From: Candidatus Sumerlaeaceae bacterium
GTDB lineage: Bacteria > Sumerlaeota > Sumerlaeia > Sumerlaeales > Sumerlaeaceae
Direction: 5' to 3'
DNA: 64,000 nt
Assembly (NCBI GenBank): GCA_019695055.1
Contig: JAIBAT010000150.1
Location: 35,543 to 99,542 of the forward strand
A model generated the notes under the pieces. The model saw only the letters and a program-made list of their open reading frames with translations, was not told the origin of the DNA and did no database searches. The translations under genes and the position numbers were made by a program. The stretch's first letter is position 1. Each line of letters begins with the position of its first letter. This document shows, piece after piece, positions 29,770 to 39,388 of this stretch.

Positions 29770-31929
29770 GTGGTTTTCCGGATGGCCGGCAGTTCGCCAG
29801 ACGACACTAAAATTTTCGACTTCATGGAGTCCCTCGACCCCGGGAAAACGATCAAGTCCATCGAGGGAACCGCCATCCGCGACGCATCGAGCGGCCACAT
29901 CGCCGACACGGTGCAGGTCCAAGGTGGCATTGTGCCGCCGGCGCACAGCATTCATGTTCAGGTGGAGACTGGTCCGGATTTGCGCGATTGCGACGAGGAC
30001 TACCGGCTTGTCCGGGTGATCGGCAAGGGCGGACAGGGGGAGATCTGGGAAGCCAACCAGGTGATGCTGGACAGGACGGTAGCCGTCAAGCGCGCCCACG
30101 CCGACACGCGGGCACAGATGGACTTCTTCAAGGAAGCCTTTACCTCCGCACAATTGGACCACCCGAACATCGTGCCGGTTTACGAGATGGGGCAGATTCA
30201 CGCGGGCGAAGCCGGTGTGCCTTTCATCGCCATGAAGCGGGTCTGGGGAAAATCGTGGCATTCCATCATCAAAGCGGAGCTTGCCGCGCAACCCTTTGAC
30301 CGGGATCGGTTCCTGGCGAAGCATCTGCCGATTCTCATTCAGGTCATCAACGCGGTGGCTTATGCCCACGCAAAAGGCATCATCCATCGGGATCTCAAGC
30401 CCGGGCAGGTCATGATCGGGAATTACGGGGAAACCTACCTGCTGGACTGGGGCCTGGCCATCTATCTTCTCGACAAGGATCCGGCGCCACCTAGCAGCGC
30501 GCGTTCCATTGACGTCTCGCGCGTGGTGACGCTCGAAAGTGCCACCAACCCGGCGGGAACGCCAAGCTACATGGCTCCGGAGCAGGCACGATTCGGAACG
30601 TCGCAACTGGGCATCCATACGGATGTGTACCTGATCGGTGCGATCCTCTATGAATTGGTGGTGGGACTGGCGCCACACAGGGGAAGTTCGGCCGCGGAAT
30701 CGATCCAATTGGCGCAACAGAACATCATTCCCCCACCGCCGGAGGACACGCCCCCCGAACTGAAGGACTTGTTGCGCCGGTGCCTTGCGACAAATCCCGT
30801 CGAGCGACCGGGCGCCGTCACTGAAATCCGGACGGTGCTGGAGAGTTACCTGTCCGGAGCCGGGCGGAAAACCGCATCGCTGAAAATTACCAGCGCGCTG
30901 AAGGCGGACGTCGAATACACGACATACGACGAGCTTTCCGATGCTTCGCGGCATCTGGCGGAGGCGATGCAACTGTGGCCGGAAAATCCTGAAGCACCGG
31001 AATGCCGCGAACGAATCCTGGGAAATTTTGTCAGGGTGGCGCTTGGGAAAAAGGATTTTCTTTTGGCGCAACTCCAAGCCGACCGTGTGCGAAACCACGG
31101 ACTGGCGGAGAAGCTGCGCCAGGAAGTCGACGGGGCCCGCGAAGAAGCAGCCCGCGCCCTGCGCAAACCGCCACTTTTCACAGCAATGCGAGTCGCAGTA
31201 ATGGCGGCAACCTGGGTGCTCATTTGCGTCGCCGTGATTGCGATCCTGGCCGCATCGAGAAATGTGCTGCTTAAGGAGGTCACGGACCGCGTGAAATCCA
31301 TCGTGACTCTGGCGGCCAAGTCCGTGGACCCAGCGGACCTGGAGGCCGTGGGTCGCGATCGCCAGATTTACTCGCTGGAATTTCAAAAGGTTTTCAACCG
31401 ATTGAGCGCGTTTCGAAGAGCCAATTCGGACATTCGCTTTGCGTACACATTGCGACCAGACGAAACCAATGGCGGTTGGACGACGCTGGTGGATTGCGAT
31501 CCGCTGGATCTGGACCTGAACCGCAACAACCGGCTGGATGCCGACGAGCGGGGAAATCCACCCGGCACGCGCCATCGCAAGGATATCGCGGAGATGAAAG
31601 AGGCCTTCTCCACAGGACAGGTGACAAGTGCCGAGGTGAGCGACAAATCCGGAACCTACGTGAGTGGTTTTGCCCCGGTAATCGAGACGAGGTCGCGCAA
31701 ATCGATAGCGCTGGTGGGAGTGGACGTGAAACTGGACAGCATCGGATCGAAGATGACACTGGTCCGCGTGGCGGCCCTGGCTGGTGGCGCCATGCTGCTG
31801 GTGCTGGTGACGGCCATGTTCGTAGCCTTCTTTATCAGCCTGCGCGCGCTGGCAATCGTTAAAATGCTGGAGGCTGAGATCCAGAAACAGAACTCGGAAG
31901 TTCGCGGAAAAAACATTTACCTTGGTTGA
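29770..31929 (+). CDS. Ser/Thr protein kinase with a C-terminal extracytoplasmic sensor domain flanked by two TM helices
   Basis: Kinase motifs are present: HRDLKPGQVMIG, DWGLA and GTPSYMAPEQ. TM1 is AVMAATWVLICVAVIAILAA. A region of about 200 aa (Cache/PDC-like?) follows, then TM2 LAGGAMLLVLVTAMFVAFFISL near the C-terminus. A 783-aa antisense ORF (29620-31971) is a GC-driven shadow. Confidence 0.8.
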   Translation: MVFRMAGSSPDDTKIFDFMESLDPGKTIKSIEGTAIRDASSGHIADTVQVQGGIVPPAHSIHVQVETGPDLRDCDEDYRLVRVIGKGGQGEIWEANQVMLDRTVAVKRAHADTRAQMDFFKEAFTSAQLDHPNIVPVYEMGQIHAGEAGVPFIAMKRVWGKSWHSIIKAELAAQPFDRDRFLAKHLPILIQVINAVAYAHAKGIIHRDLKPGQVMIGNYGETYLLDWGLAIYLLDKDPAPPSSARSIDVSRVVTLESATNPAGTPSYMAPEQARFGTSQLGIHTDVYLIGAILYELVVGLAPHRGSSAAESIQLAQQNIIPPPPEDTPPELKDLLRRCLATNPVERPGAVTEIRTVLESYLSGAGRKTASLKITSALKADVEYTTYDELSDASRHLAEAMQLWPENPEAPECRERILGNFVRVALGKKDFLLAQLQADRVRNHGLAEKLRQEVDGAREEAARALRKPPLFTAMRVAVMAATWVLICVAVIAILAASRNVLLKEVTDRVKSIVTLAAKSVDPADLEAVGRDRQIYSLEFQKVFNRLSAFRRANSDIRFAYTLRPDETNGGWTTLVDCDPLDLDLNRNNRLDADERGNPPGTRHRKDIAEMKEAFSTGQVTSAEVSDKSGTYVSGFAPVIETRSRKSIALVGVDVKLDSIGSKMTLVRVAALAGGAMLLVLVTAMFVAFFISLRALAIVKMLEAEIQKQNSEVRGKNIYLG

Positions 31930-31930
31930 T

Positions 31931-33241
31931 TTACTGGAGCGTCCTCTTGATCTCGGAATCGAGAGCTTCAAGGGCAGGGCCCGGTTCCAGTTCCCCCCGG
32001 AGGACCTTATTGATGCGTGTGAAGATGAGAGTTGAGACTTCCGAGTAGCGCTCGGTGGTGGGGCCGGACGGACGGGGCACTGTGTTGACCAGAATTTCCT
32101 TCATCTCGGCAATTTGGGGTATGGCGGCCGCAGTCGCGCTTGTTTCATAAACCGCCGGGCGGGAGGGCAGGAAAGAACCTTGGATCGCACGAATCTCCTG
32201 GCGAGGAGCGGCGGTGAGCCACTTGGCCAGCTTAATGGCCTCCTCGGGCTGTCGCGAATACCGCGAAACAGCAAGCTGCCATCCACCGAGGGTGGAAAAA
32301 TGGCCGCTATCCCCGGCGGGAATCTGGGTAATCTTGAATTTTGTCGCCACGGGGGAATTCTCCGCGCGCATGACCGAGTATGCGTATGACCAGTTTCGCA
32401 TAAAAGCGGCATTGCCCTGCTCGAAGATCTTCCGGGTTTCGTCCTCGTCAAGATCGGTGACGTTTGGCGGGGAGATGCCGCCCACCCATTTGCGGGCTCG
32501 ATCAAGGGCGGAAAGAGCCCGGGGGTTATTAATGGTAACGCGCCCGTCTGTCTCGACGATGCGCCCGCCTCCCTGGGAAGCAAACCATTCAAGGACATTG
32601 CAGGTAAGCCCTTCCCGGGCCTTGCCCTGCCACAGATATCCGGTGAAGTTGGCATTTCCCGCCGCTCGCTCCCCTTCCTGGATTTTTCCCGCCATTCCTT
32701 CCAGCTCGTCCCAGGTTTGCGGAGGCTTCTCGAATCCGTACTTTTCGAGAAGGTCTGTGCGGTAATAGAGAAAGCCCGCGTCCGCATGAAACGGAATGGC
32801 GGTCAGGTGGCCGCCGATGGTATTGTTGCGAATGATGGGAGGGAAAAACTCGGCAGCCTCCTTTCCAAGAGCCGGGCCCACGTCCACAAAATAGTCGGCA
32901 AGCATGGCGGGCCAGATGACGTCAATTTCGTAGAGATCCACATCCGCCGAGCGGGCACCGAGGTATTGCTGGTATTGGGTGAGGCGCTCGGAGGAATTGA
33001 GGCGTTCGGAAATCAGTTCCACGGCGATCCCCGTTTCGCGTTCGTACTGCGCGGCAAATTCGCGGGCGATACGGCCGCCGTTCCCAATCACATCGAGGTG
33101 AATGCGAAGGACGCGCCTGGCATTGTCGGATTTTCGTGCGGTGTCCGTGCAGCCAGCAAAGTAGCACATACAGACTCCCATAAGCAGGAGCGCTGCACAA
33201 TAGATTCGCAATAAACCCTGACGCTGCGACATACAAACCAC
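31931..33241 (-). CDS. ABC transporter substrate-binding lipoprotein (family 1, carbohydrate-type)
   Basis: A signal/lipobox is present (LLLMGVCMCYFAGC). It is 436 aa with periplasmic-binding-protein composition. Confidence 0.6.
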   Translation of the reverse strand: MVCMSQRQGLLRIYCAALLLMGVCMCYFAGCTDTARKSDNARRVLRIHLDVIGNGGRIAREFAAQYERETGIAVELISERLNSSERLTQYQQYLGARSADVDLYEIDVIWPAMLADYFVDVGPALGKEAAEFFPPIIRNNTIGGHLTAIPFHADAGFLYYRTDLLEKYGFEKPPQTWDELEGMAGKIQEGERAAGNANFTGYLWQGKAREGLTCNVLEWFASQGGGRIVETDGRVTINNPRALSALDRARKWVGGISPPNVTDLDEDETRKIFEQGNAAFMRNWSYAYSVMRAENSPVATKFKITQIPAGDSGHFSTLGGWQLAVSRYSRQPEEAIKLAKWLTAAPRQEIRAIQGSFLPSRPAVYETSATAAAIPQIAEMKEILVNTVPRPSGPTTERYSEVSTLIFTRINKVLRGELEPGPALEALDSEIKRTLQ

Positions 33242-33531
33242 CCGGATTAGGTTCGCCAGAATGTTCTGATCCCGTTAGAAGCATCAACTGCGATTGCGGT
33301 CAACAAGGTTAAGCAGAACCTTTGAAGTAATCAGAAGACGTGTTGGTGATCAGACGTGGTGCAACGCCCCACGGGCATCGTTAAGGTCCTGGTTACCGGC
33401 ATTTTGGCTATTCAGTAGCGACAGAAATCGGACTAAATTGCAGGTTGCAATGGCTGGGAGACCCGAACTTCAATGGGATTCTTGCACCATAATCGGGGGT
33501 ATATGGGGGCAAAGTCCCAAGAGAAAAGTAG

Positions 33532-34947
33532 ATGACAGATTCAAAACAAACCAAACGAGAGTTCTTTGACCGCCTTGCGCAGACACGGCGCTCATGGAAA
33601 CAGCGCGCGCGGGCCTACCACGATAGTATTGCAGACCTGATGCGCTTCATAGTTCCCCGCGGGAAGAAGGTGGCGGAGATTGGCTGCGCCACCGGCGAAC
33701 TGTTGGCGGCCCTTGAACCCTCGGAAGGACTGGGAGTAGACCTCAGCCCGGCCATGGTGGAACTTGCCGCGAAGGAGTTTCCGAAGTTGGAATTCCTGGC
33801 CGCCGACGCCGAGAATCTTCCGCTGGACCGGAAATTTGATTATGTGGTCATGTCTGACGTGATTGGCAGCCTGGACGACGTTCAGAAAGCGTTCGAGGAA
33901 ACCCTGAAGATCACAACCCCCCGCTCGCGAGTCGTTATTACATTTTACAACAAACTTTGGTACCCGGTGATTGCCTCGGCGGAGGCGCTGGGCCTTAAAA
34001 GTCCCAATCCAGAGCAGAATTGGCTAACCGTGGGGGACGTGAGGAATCTTCTGGAGCTTGCGGGATTTGAAGTCGTGAAGTCGGGCCGCAGACTTCTCTT
34101 TCCCATCGAGATTCCGCTGATCACGCCCCTGATCAACAAGATTATCGGCAACCTACCGCTCTTTAACAATCTTTGTCTCGTGAACTACATGGTCGCGAAG
34201 CCGCTACGCCGCGAGACCAATGCGAACCACCTGAGCGTATCCATCATCGTGCCGACCATGAACGAGTCCGGCAACATTGAAGGGGCCATTACACGGGTGG
34301 CCGCCATGGGTACACACGTGGAAACGATTTTTGTCGACGGCCACTCGACGGACGGAACTGTTGAAAAGATCCACGAAGTCATTGCGAAGCATCCGGAAAA
34401 GGACATTAAGTTCGCTTTCCAGGATGGGAAGGGCAAGGCCAATGCCGTGTTCAAGGGTTTCGACATGGCAACCGGGGACATCCTTATGATTCTGGATTCG
34501 GACCTGACCATGCCACCGGAGGATTTGCCAAAATTTTACCAGGCAATTGCTGGTGGCGCAGGAGAATTCATCAATGGCTGCCGACTGGTTTACCCGATGG
34601 AAGGCCAGGCCATGCGAACGCTGAACTACTTCGCCAATCATTTTTTCTCATTGGCGTTCACCTGGCTGCTGGGCCAGCGACTGAAGGACACCCTGTGCGG
34701 GACGAAAGTGCTGCTGCGCAGCGACTACGAGGAGATCAAGCGTAACCGGAGTTTCTTCGGGGACTTTGATCCCTTCGGGGATTTTGACCTGCTGTTTGGC
34801 GCGGCCAAATTGAATCTCAAAATCGTGGATATGCCCATACGCTACAAGGACCGGGTTTATGGCGACATCAAGATTCACCGGTTCCGGCACGGGATTCTGC
34901 TGCTGCAAATGTGCGCCTTTGCGGCCCGCAAGATCAAGTTCATCTGA
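33532..34947 (+). CDS. Fusion protein: N-terminal class-I SAM-dependent methyltransferase plus C-terminal family-2 glycosyltransferase (DPM1/ArnC-like)
   Basis: A methyltransferase motif I is present (VAEIGCATGEL). GT2 motifs are present: SIIVPTMNESGNI...FVDGHSTDGT...LDSDLTMPPEDL. Confidence 0.65.
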   Translation: MTDSKQTKREFFDRLAQTRRSWKQRARAYHDSIADLMRFIVPRGKKVAEIGCATGELLAALEPSEGLGVDLSPAMVELAAKEFPKLEFLAADAENLPLDRKFDYVVMSDVIGSLDDVQKAFEETLKITTPRSRVVITFYNKLWYPVIASAEALGLKSPNPEQNWLTVGDVRNLLELAGFEVVKSGRRLLFPIEIPLITPLINKIIGNLPLFNNLCLVNYMVAKPLRRETNANHLSVSIIVPTMNESGNIEGAITRVAAMGTHVETIFVDGHSTDGTVEKIHEVIAKHPEKDIKFAFQDGKGKANAVFKGFDMATGDILMILDSDLTMPPEDLPKFYQAIAGGAGEFINGCRLVYPMEGQAMRTLNYFANHFFSLAFTWLLGQRLKDTLCGTKVLLRSDYEEIKRNRSFFGDFDPFGDFDLLFGAAKLNLKIVDMPIRYKDRVYGDIKIHRFRHGILLLQMCAFAARKIKFI

Positions 34948-34968
34948 AAGTCGGGGACGCGGAAGCCA

Positions 34969-35715
34969 ATGTCACAGAATCAAATGCCGGACGACCCGCT
35001 GCAGGAACTGCTGGATCGGAGACGGATCTGGGCGGAGAAGCCGCAATTGCGCCTTTGCTACGAGCGGTGGGCGGCTATGATGCGGCCATACCTTGCACCG
35101 GGCGGTTTGCTGGAGGTCGGGAGCGGATCAGGCTTGTCCAAGGAGTTGTTTCCAGAAGTGCTGCTTTGCGATATCGTGCGGGCACCGTGGCTGGATTTCC
35201 GGGCCGACTGCATGCGACTGCCGGTTGGGGATTCTTCGATTGAGAATGTGATTGCGTTCGACCTGCTTCATCACGCCGCCGATCCGCACAGTTTTCTGAC
35301 TGAAGCTGCGCGAGTCCTGAAGCCGGGTGGCCGCATCCTGCTGATGGAACCCTACATCACACCGGTGTCCTACGTCGGGTACAAGGCCCTGCACCATGAG
35401 GACGTGTATTTCGGTGGTTACCACAAGATCCCCGAGGGTGGCGCCAAGGTGGACCCCTGGCAGGGGAATCTGGCCGTGGCCAACGTAGTGTTTAACCGCA
35501 TGGCGGCGGAGTGGGAGACACGGCAGCCAGACTTGAGAATTGTGCGGCGGGATCTCCTGAGCTTCTTTGATTTCCAGATGGCCGCGGGGTTCAAGCCGCG
35601 GGCGTACGTCCCAATGGGCATCTACCGGTTACTGGTAAAGCTCGACGACGTGCTGGGACTGCTAATGCCACTGCTGGCGTTTCGGATCTTCCTGGTTCTC
35701 GAAAAGAAGTCCTGA
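34969..35715 (+). CDS. Class-I SAM-dependent methyltransferase
   Basis: LLEVGSGSGLS (motif I) and PGGRILLMEP (motif II-like) are present. 248 aa. Confidence 0.6.
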   Translation: MSQNQMPDDPLQELLDRRRIWAEKPQLRLCYERWAAMMRPYLAPGGLLEVGSGSGLSKELFPEVLLCDIVRAPWLDFRADCMRLPVGDSSIENVIAFDLLHHAADPHSFLTEAARVLKPGGRILLMEPYITPVSYVGYKALHHEDVYFGGYHKIPEGGAKVDPWQGNLAVANVVFNRMAAEWETRQPDLRIVRRDLLSFFDFQMAAGFKPRAYVPMGIYRLLVKLDDVLGLLMPLLAFRIFLVLEKKS

Positions 35716-35737
35716 AAACAGAGTTGCGGCGGGACGG

Positions 35738-37120
35738 TTAGTGCCCGCCACCGCCGGACAGTTCCTTGACCAGATCCGACACAAAGGATTTCGCATCGCC
35801 GAAAAGCATCAATGTCTGGGGTTCAAAGTAGAGTTCGTTCTCCACACCAGCGAATCCGGGGTTCATGCTTCGTTTGATGACCATCACGGTGCGAGCCTTG
35901 TCTACGTCGATAATGGGCATCCCGTAGATGGGGCTGTTCTTGTCATGGCGCGCTGCGGGATTGGTGACGTCGTTGGCGCCAATGACCAAGGCCACGTCCA
36001 CCTGGGGGAGGTCGGAATTGGCGTCCTCCATTTCGAGCAGCTTGTCGTATGGAATGTCGGCTTCGGCCAGCAGAACATTCATGTGGCCGGGCATGCGGCC
36101 CGCAACCGGATGGATCGCGAAACGCATCTCGACGCCCTTCTTTTGAAGCACGTCAAACAGTTCACGCACCTTATGCTGGGCCTGGGCCACCGCCATGCCG
36201 TAGCCGGGAATCACCATGACGGAACTGGCCGCTTCGAGGAACGACGCCGCCTCCTCCGCGGTGGCACTGCGTACAGTGCGCTGTTCGACCTCGCCGGAAC
36301 TCGCGGTTTGCACCTGGCCAAATGCCCCGAAAAGCACGTTGGTAAACGAGCGATTCATGGCCTTGCACATGATGATGGAGAGAATGAGACCGGAGGCACC
36401 GTCGAGGGCACCAGCGATGATAAGTAGTTTGTTGTCGAGAACAAATCCCATGGCAGAGGCCGCGAGGCCAGCGTAGGAATTTAGCAGTGAGATCACCGTT
36501 GGCATATCCGCGCCACCGATGGGAACAATGAGCATGACGCCAAAGGTCAGTGCCAGACCCGCGATGATGGGAAACAGGTAAGATTTGGTGGGATCAAGAA
36601 CAAGCAGTACGGAACAAATGATGGCCGCCGCGAGGACACCGAGGTTCACGATATTCTGGTTCTTGTAGGTGATGGGCCTTGTCGGGATCAGTTCCTGCAA
36701 TTTGCCAAAGGCCATGAGACTCGCCGTGAAAGTCAAAAATCCGAGAACCACCTCAAGCGCAAGGGCTGACAACTCGAAGTGGGTAAACTTGGTCGCTTTC
36801 AGATAATACTCGGCCGTTCCAACGAGTGCCGCAGCGAGAGCGCCGAATGCGTGGCTCAATGCTGTTCTCTGGGGAACGGCAGTCATTGGAATGTTGGCAA
36901 GGGGAACACCAACGACTGTGCCCAGGACAAAAGCGATGACAATCCACTTGTACTCCACAATCTCCTTCTGGATAAGAGTTCCACTTACCGCGAGAACCAT
37001 TCCAGCAACCCCAATAAGGACGCCGCGGCGCGCTGTTGGAACTGCACTAAGCCATTTTAGCGCAAGAATGAAACTGGCTGCAGCAGCAAGATAACAAACG
37101 TCCCTGATTAGCTCGTTCAT
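35738..37120 (-). CDS. pntB: NAD(P) transhydrogenase subunit beta
   Basis: 460 aa. The N-terminal polytopic membrane domain begins MNELIRDVCYLAAAASFILALKWLS. The C-terminal NADP(H)-binding domain has GYGMAVAQAQH...VIGANDVTNPAA. Confidence 0.85.
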   Translation of the reverse strand: MNELIRDVCYLAAAASFILALKWLSAVPTARRGVLIGVAGMVLAVSGTLIQKEIVEYKWIVIAFVLGTVVGVPLANIPMTAVPQRTALSHAFGALAAALVGTAEYYLKATKFTHFELSALALEVVLGFLTFTASLMAFGKLQELIPTRPITYKNQNIVNLGVLAAAIICSVLLVLDPTKSYLFPIIAGLALTFGVMLIVPIGGADMPTVISLLNSYAGLAASAMGFVLDNKLLIIAGALDGASGLILSIIMCKAMNRSFTNVLFGAFGQVQTASSGEVEQRTVRSATAEEAASFLEAASSVMVIPGYGMAVAQAQHKVRELFDVLQKKGVEMRFAIHPVAGRMPGHMNVLLAEADIPYDKLLEMEDANSDLPQVDVALVIGANDVTNPAARHDKNSPIYGMPIIDVDKARTVMVIKRSMNPGFAGVENELYFEPQTLMLFGDAKSFVSDLVKELSGGGGH

Positions 37121-37428
37121 TTCTTTATCTGCTCCTTCTTCTTAAACATCCGGAGCATGCGGTAGGTGATCAGGTATCCGCCGACGATGTTGATCATCGA
37201 GGCGGTGACCGCCACGGTGCCAAGAATGGTGGAGAAAGTTGTCTCGGCTTTACCGGCCAGGCCTATGGCGCCAACCACGGCAATGGCCGAGATCGCGTTC
37301 GTGAGGGACATGAGGGGCGTGTGGAGCAGGGGGGAGACCCGGCGTATCACCTCGAAACCGATGAACGCAGCGAGCATAAAAATATACAACAACAGGACTA
37401 TCGAACTTCCCTGATGCGCAGGATCCAT
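37117..37428 (-). CDS. pntAB: NAD(P) transhydrogenase subunit alpha part 2 (membrane part)
   Basis: 103 aa with three hydrophobic helices. The ATGA overlap with pntB is the typical pntA2-pntB arrangement. Confidence 0.7.
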   Translation of the reverse strand: MDPAHQGSSIVLLLYIFMLAAFIGFEVIRRVSPLLHTPLMSLTNAISAIAVVGAIGLAGKAETTFSTILGTVAVTASMINIVGGYLITYRMLRMFKKKEQIKK

Positions 37429-37585
37429 GCAGTCGTCTCCTTATGGTTGGGTTCGATAGCTGGCCTGTGCCGCGGAAAGTCAAGGGCTCATGGAACCGGT
37501 CGTGGGACAGGATAAGTTCCGCTTGCCTATTGGGTGTGGCGAGTGTTGCGTGCGTCATCATCCCCCAAAAACGTGAGGTGGGACC

Positions 37586-38761
37586 ATGAAACTTGGTGTG
37601 CCGAAGGAAACATTTCCCGGCGAGCGACGCGTGGCGGTGGTTCCGGCCGTGGTGCCGGCGCTGGTCAAGAATGGGATCGAGGTTGTGGTGGAGCCGGGCG
37701 CGGGAACGGCCGCGGGTTTCCCCGACGATATGTATACGGCAAAGGGCGCCGTCCTGGCAACCAGCCGCGCCGAACTCTTTTCCTCCGCCGACATCGTGGT
37801 CTATGTGCGGGGACCAGGCAGCAACACGACCAGCGGCGAGGATGATTTTCCGTTGTACCGCAAGGATCAGGTGGTTACCGGATTCCTGGACCCGCTGACT
37901 TCACCGGTTGTCGCGCAGAACATGGCGGCCCGCGGCGTTACGGCGTTTTCCATGGAAATGATCCCGCGCATTACCCGCGCGCAGAGCATGGACGCGCTGA
38001 GTTCGATGGCAACCATCGCAGGGTATAAGGCCGTTTTGCTGGCGGCGGATCGGCTGCCTCGCATGTTTCCCATGCTCATGACCGCCGCAGGCACTCTGAC
38101 AGCGGCAAAGGTTTTGGTGGTGGGAGTCGGGGTGGCGGGATTGCAGGCCATTGCCACGTCGCGCCGCCTTGGTGCGGTGGTCCAAGCGTACGATGTGCGT
38201 GCTGCAGTAAAGGAACAGGTCCAGAGCCTGGGGGCGAAATTCGTGGAACTGCCCCTGGACACGCAGCAGGCGGAAGGACAGGGTGGTTATGCCGCTGCCC
38301 AGTCCGAGGATTTCCTGAAGCGCCAGCGCGAGTTGATGGGAAAGGTGATCGCGGAAAGCGATGCGGTGATTACCACGGCCGCGATTCCTGGACAAAAAGC
38401 TCCGATTCTCGTCACGACGGAAATGGTCCGCGGGATGGCTCCGGGGTCCGTGGTGGTGGATATTGCGGCGGAGCGCGGCGGCAATTGTGAACTGACAAGG
38501 CCCGGGGAAACGGTGATCGATGGTGGGGTGACAATCCTTGGTCCGCTGAACATTCCGTCCGAGATTCCCTACCACGCGAGCCAGATGTACTCGAAGAATA
38601 TCTCCGCTTTGCTTCAACTTCTGGTGAAGAAGGGTGAGCTGAATCTCGACATGTCGGACGAAATCATCCGGGAAACGATGATCACGAAGGGCGGCGAGGT
38701 TACCAATCCGCGCGTGCGGAAGTTACTGGGACTGCCGGAGCCCGTGGCGGCCGGGAATTAA
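37586..38761 (+). CDS. pntAA: NAD(P) transhydrogenase subunit alpha part 1 (soluble dI, alanine-dehydrogenase-like)
   Basis: It begins MKLGVPKETFPGERRVAVVPAVV. A Rossmann fold is present (VLVVGVGVAGLQAI). 391 aa. Confidence 0.85.
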   Translation: MKLGVPKETFPGERRVAVVPAVVPALVKNGIEVVVEPGAGTAAGFPDDMYTAKGAVLATSRAELFSSADIVVYVRGPGSNTTSGEDDFPLYRKDQVVTGFLDPLTSPVVAQNMAARGVTAFSMEMIPRITRAQSMDALSSMATIAGYKAVLLAADRLPRMFPMLMTAAGTLTAAKVLVVGVGVAGLQAIATSRRLGAVVQAYDVRAAVKEQVQSLGAKFVELPLDTQQAEGQGGYAAAQSEDFLKRQRELMGKVIAESDAVITTAAIPGQKAPILVTTEMVRGMAPGSVVVDIAAERGGNCELTRPGETVIDGGVTILGPLNIPSEIPYHASQMYSKNISALLQLLVKKGELNLDMSDEIIRETMITKGGEVTNPRVRKLLGLPEPVAAGN

Positions 38762-38782
38762 GCTGAATCCGAACGAAGCGGG

Positions 38783-39178
38783 TCAGCGTTTGCAGTTGCA
38801 GAAGTAGCTCATCCACAACATACTGAGGCCGGCCATGATGGCCACCACGCCGAGGGTCAGACCGAGCAGGTTGTGGGAGAACGCAAAGAGCATCAGATTC
38901 CCGACCATAACCATGGTCAGGGAGCCGAGCGCCCAATACTGGAGACCGGATCGGCCAGCCATCTTGTGGCAAACCCCGCGATAGTAATAATCCCATACAC
39001 GATCGCGGGGCTCGGAAAATTTGACCTGGTGGGTCAGCGAGGAAAGGGAAGCAAACTTCTGAAAATCCCGCCGGCAGGCGGGGCAATTCTCAATGTGGGC
39101 CCTGACCTGCTGGCACAGTTCCTCGTCCAGTTCTCCGTCAAGGAACGCCATAACTTTTTCCTGATACTGTTGGCACAT
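38783..39178 (-). CDS. Putative zinc-finger (zf-HC2-like) anti-sigma factor with a C-terminal membrane anchor
   Basis: MAFLDGELDEELCQQVRAHIENCPACRRDF is the classic anti-sigma zf-HC2 motif (H..C..C). Two C-terminal hydrophobic helices are present. Confidence 0.5.
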   Translation of the reverse strand: MCQQYQEKVMAFLDGELDEELCQQVRAHIENCPACRRDFQKFASLSSLTHQVKFSEPRDRVWDYYYRGVCHKMAGRSGLQYWALGSLTMVMVGNLMLFAFSHNLLGLTLGVVAIMAGLSMLWMSYFCNCKR

Positions 39179-39388
39179 ATAATGTTTCCAGTGCCCCCTC
39201 GAATTCTTGCTTTTGCCCCTATTTAGGCAGCGTCAGGCGAAAAAATTCGCTTCCGGGGGGACATGAAAATGCACTGAAAATTGAGGGTGGTGAGGCGAGG
39301 ACAAACAACTTCCGAATTCTGTGATAAATTCCGGCAAGATGGTGTTATAGCATCTGTGCTTCCCCTGTCCGATGATTTCGCGCGTGAG

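Noticed and set aside
29620-31971. A 783-aa ORF on the minus strand.
   Set aside because: It is entirely antisense to the Ser/Thr kinase gene, which has clear catalytic motifs. It has no recognisable motifs and a low-complexity Arg/Gly/His-rich composition typical of shadow ORFs in high-GC DNA.
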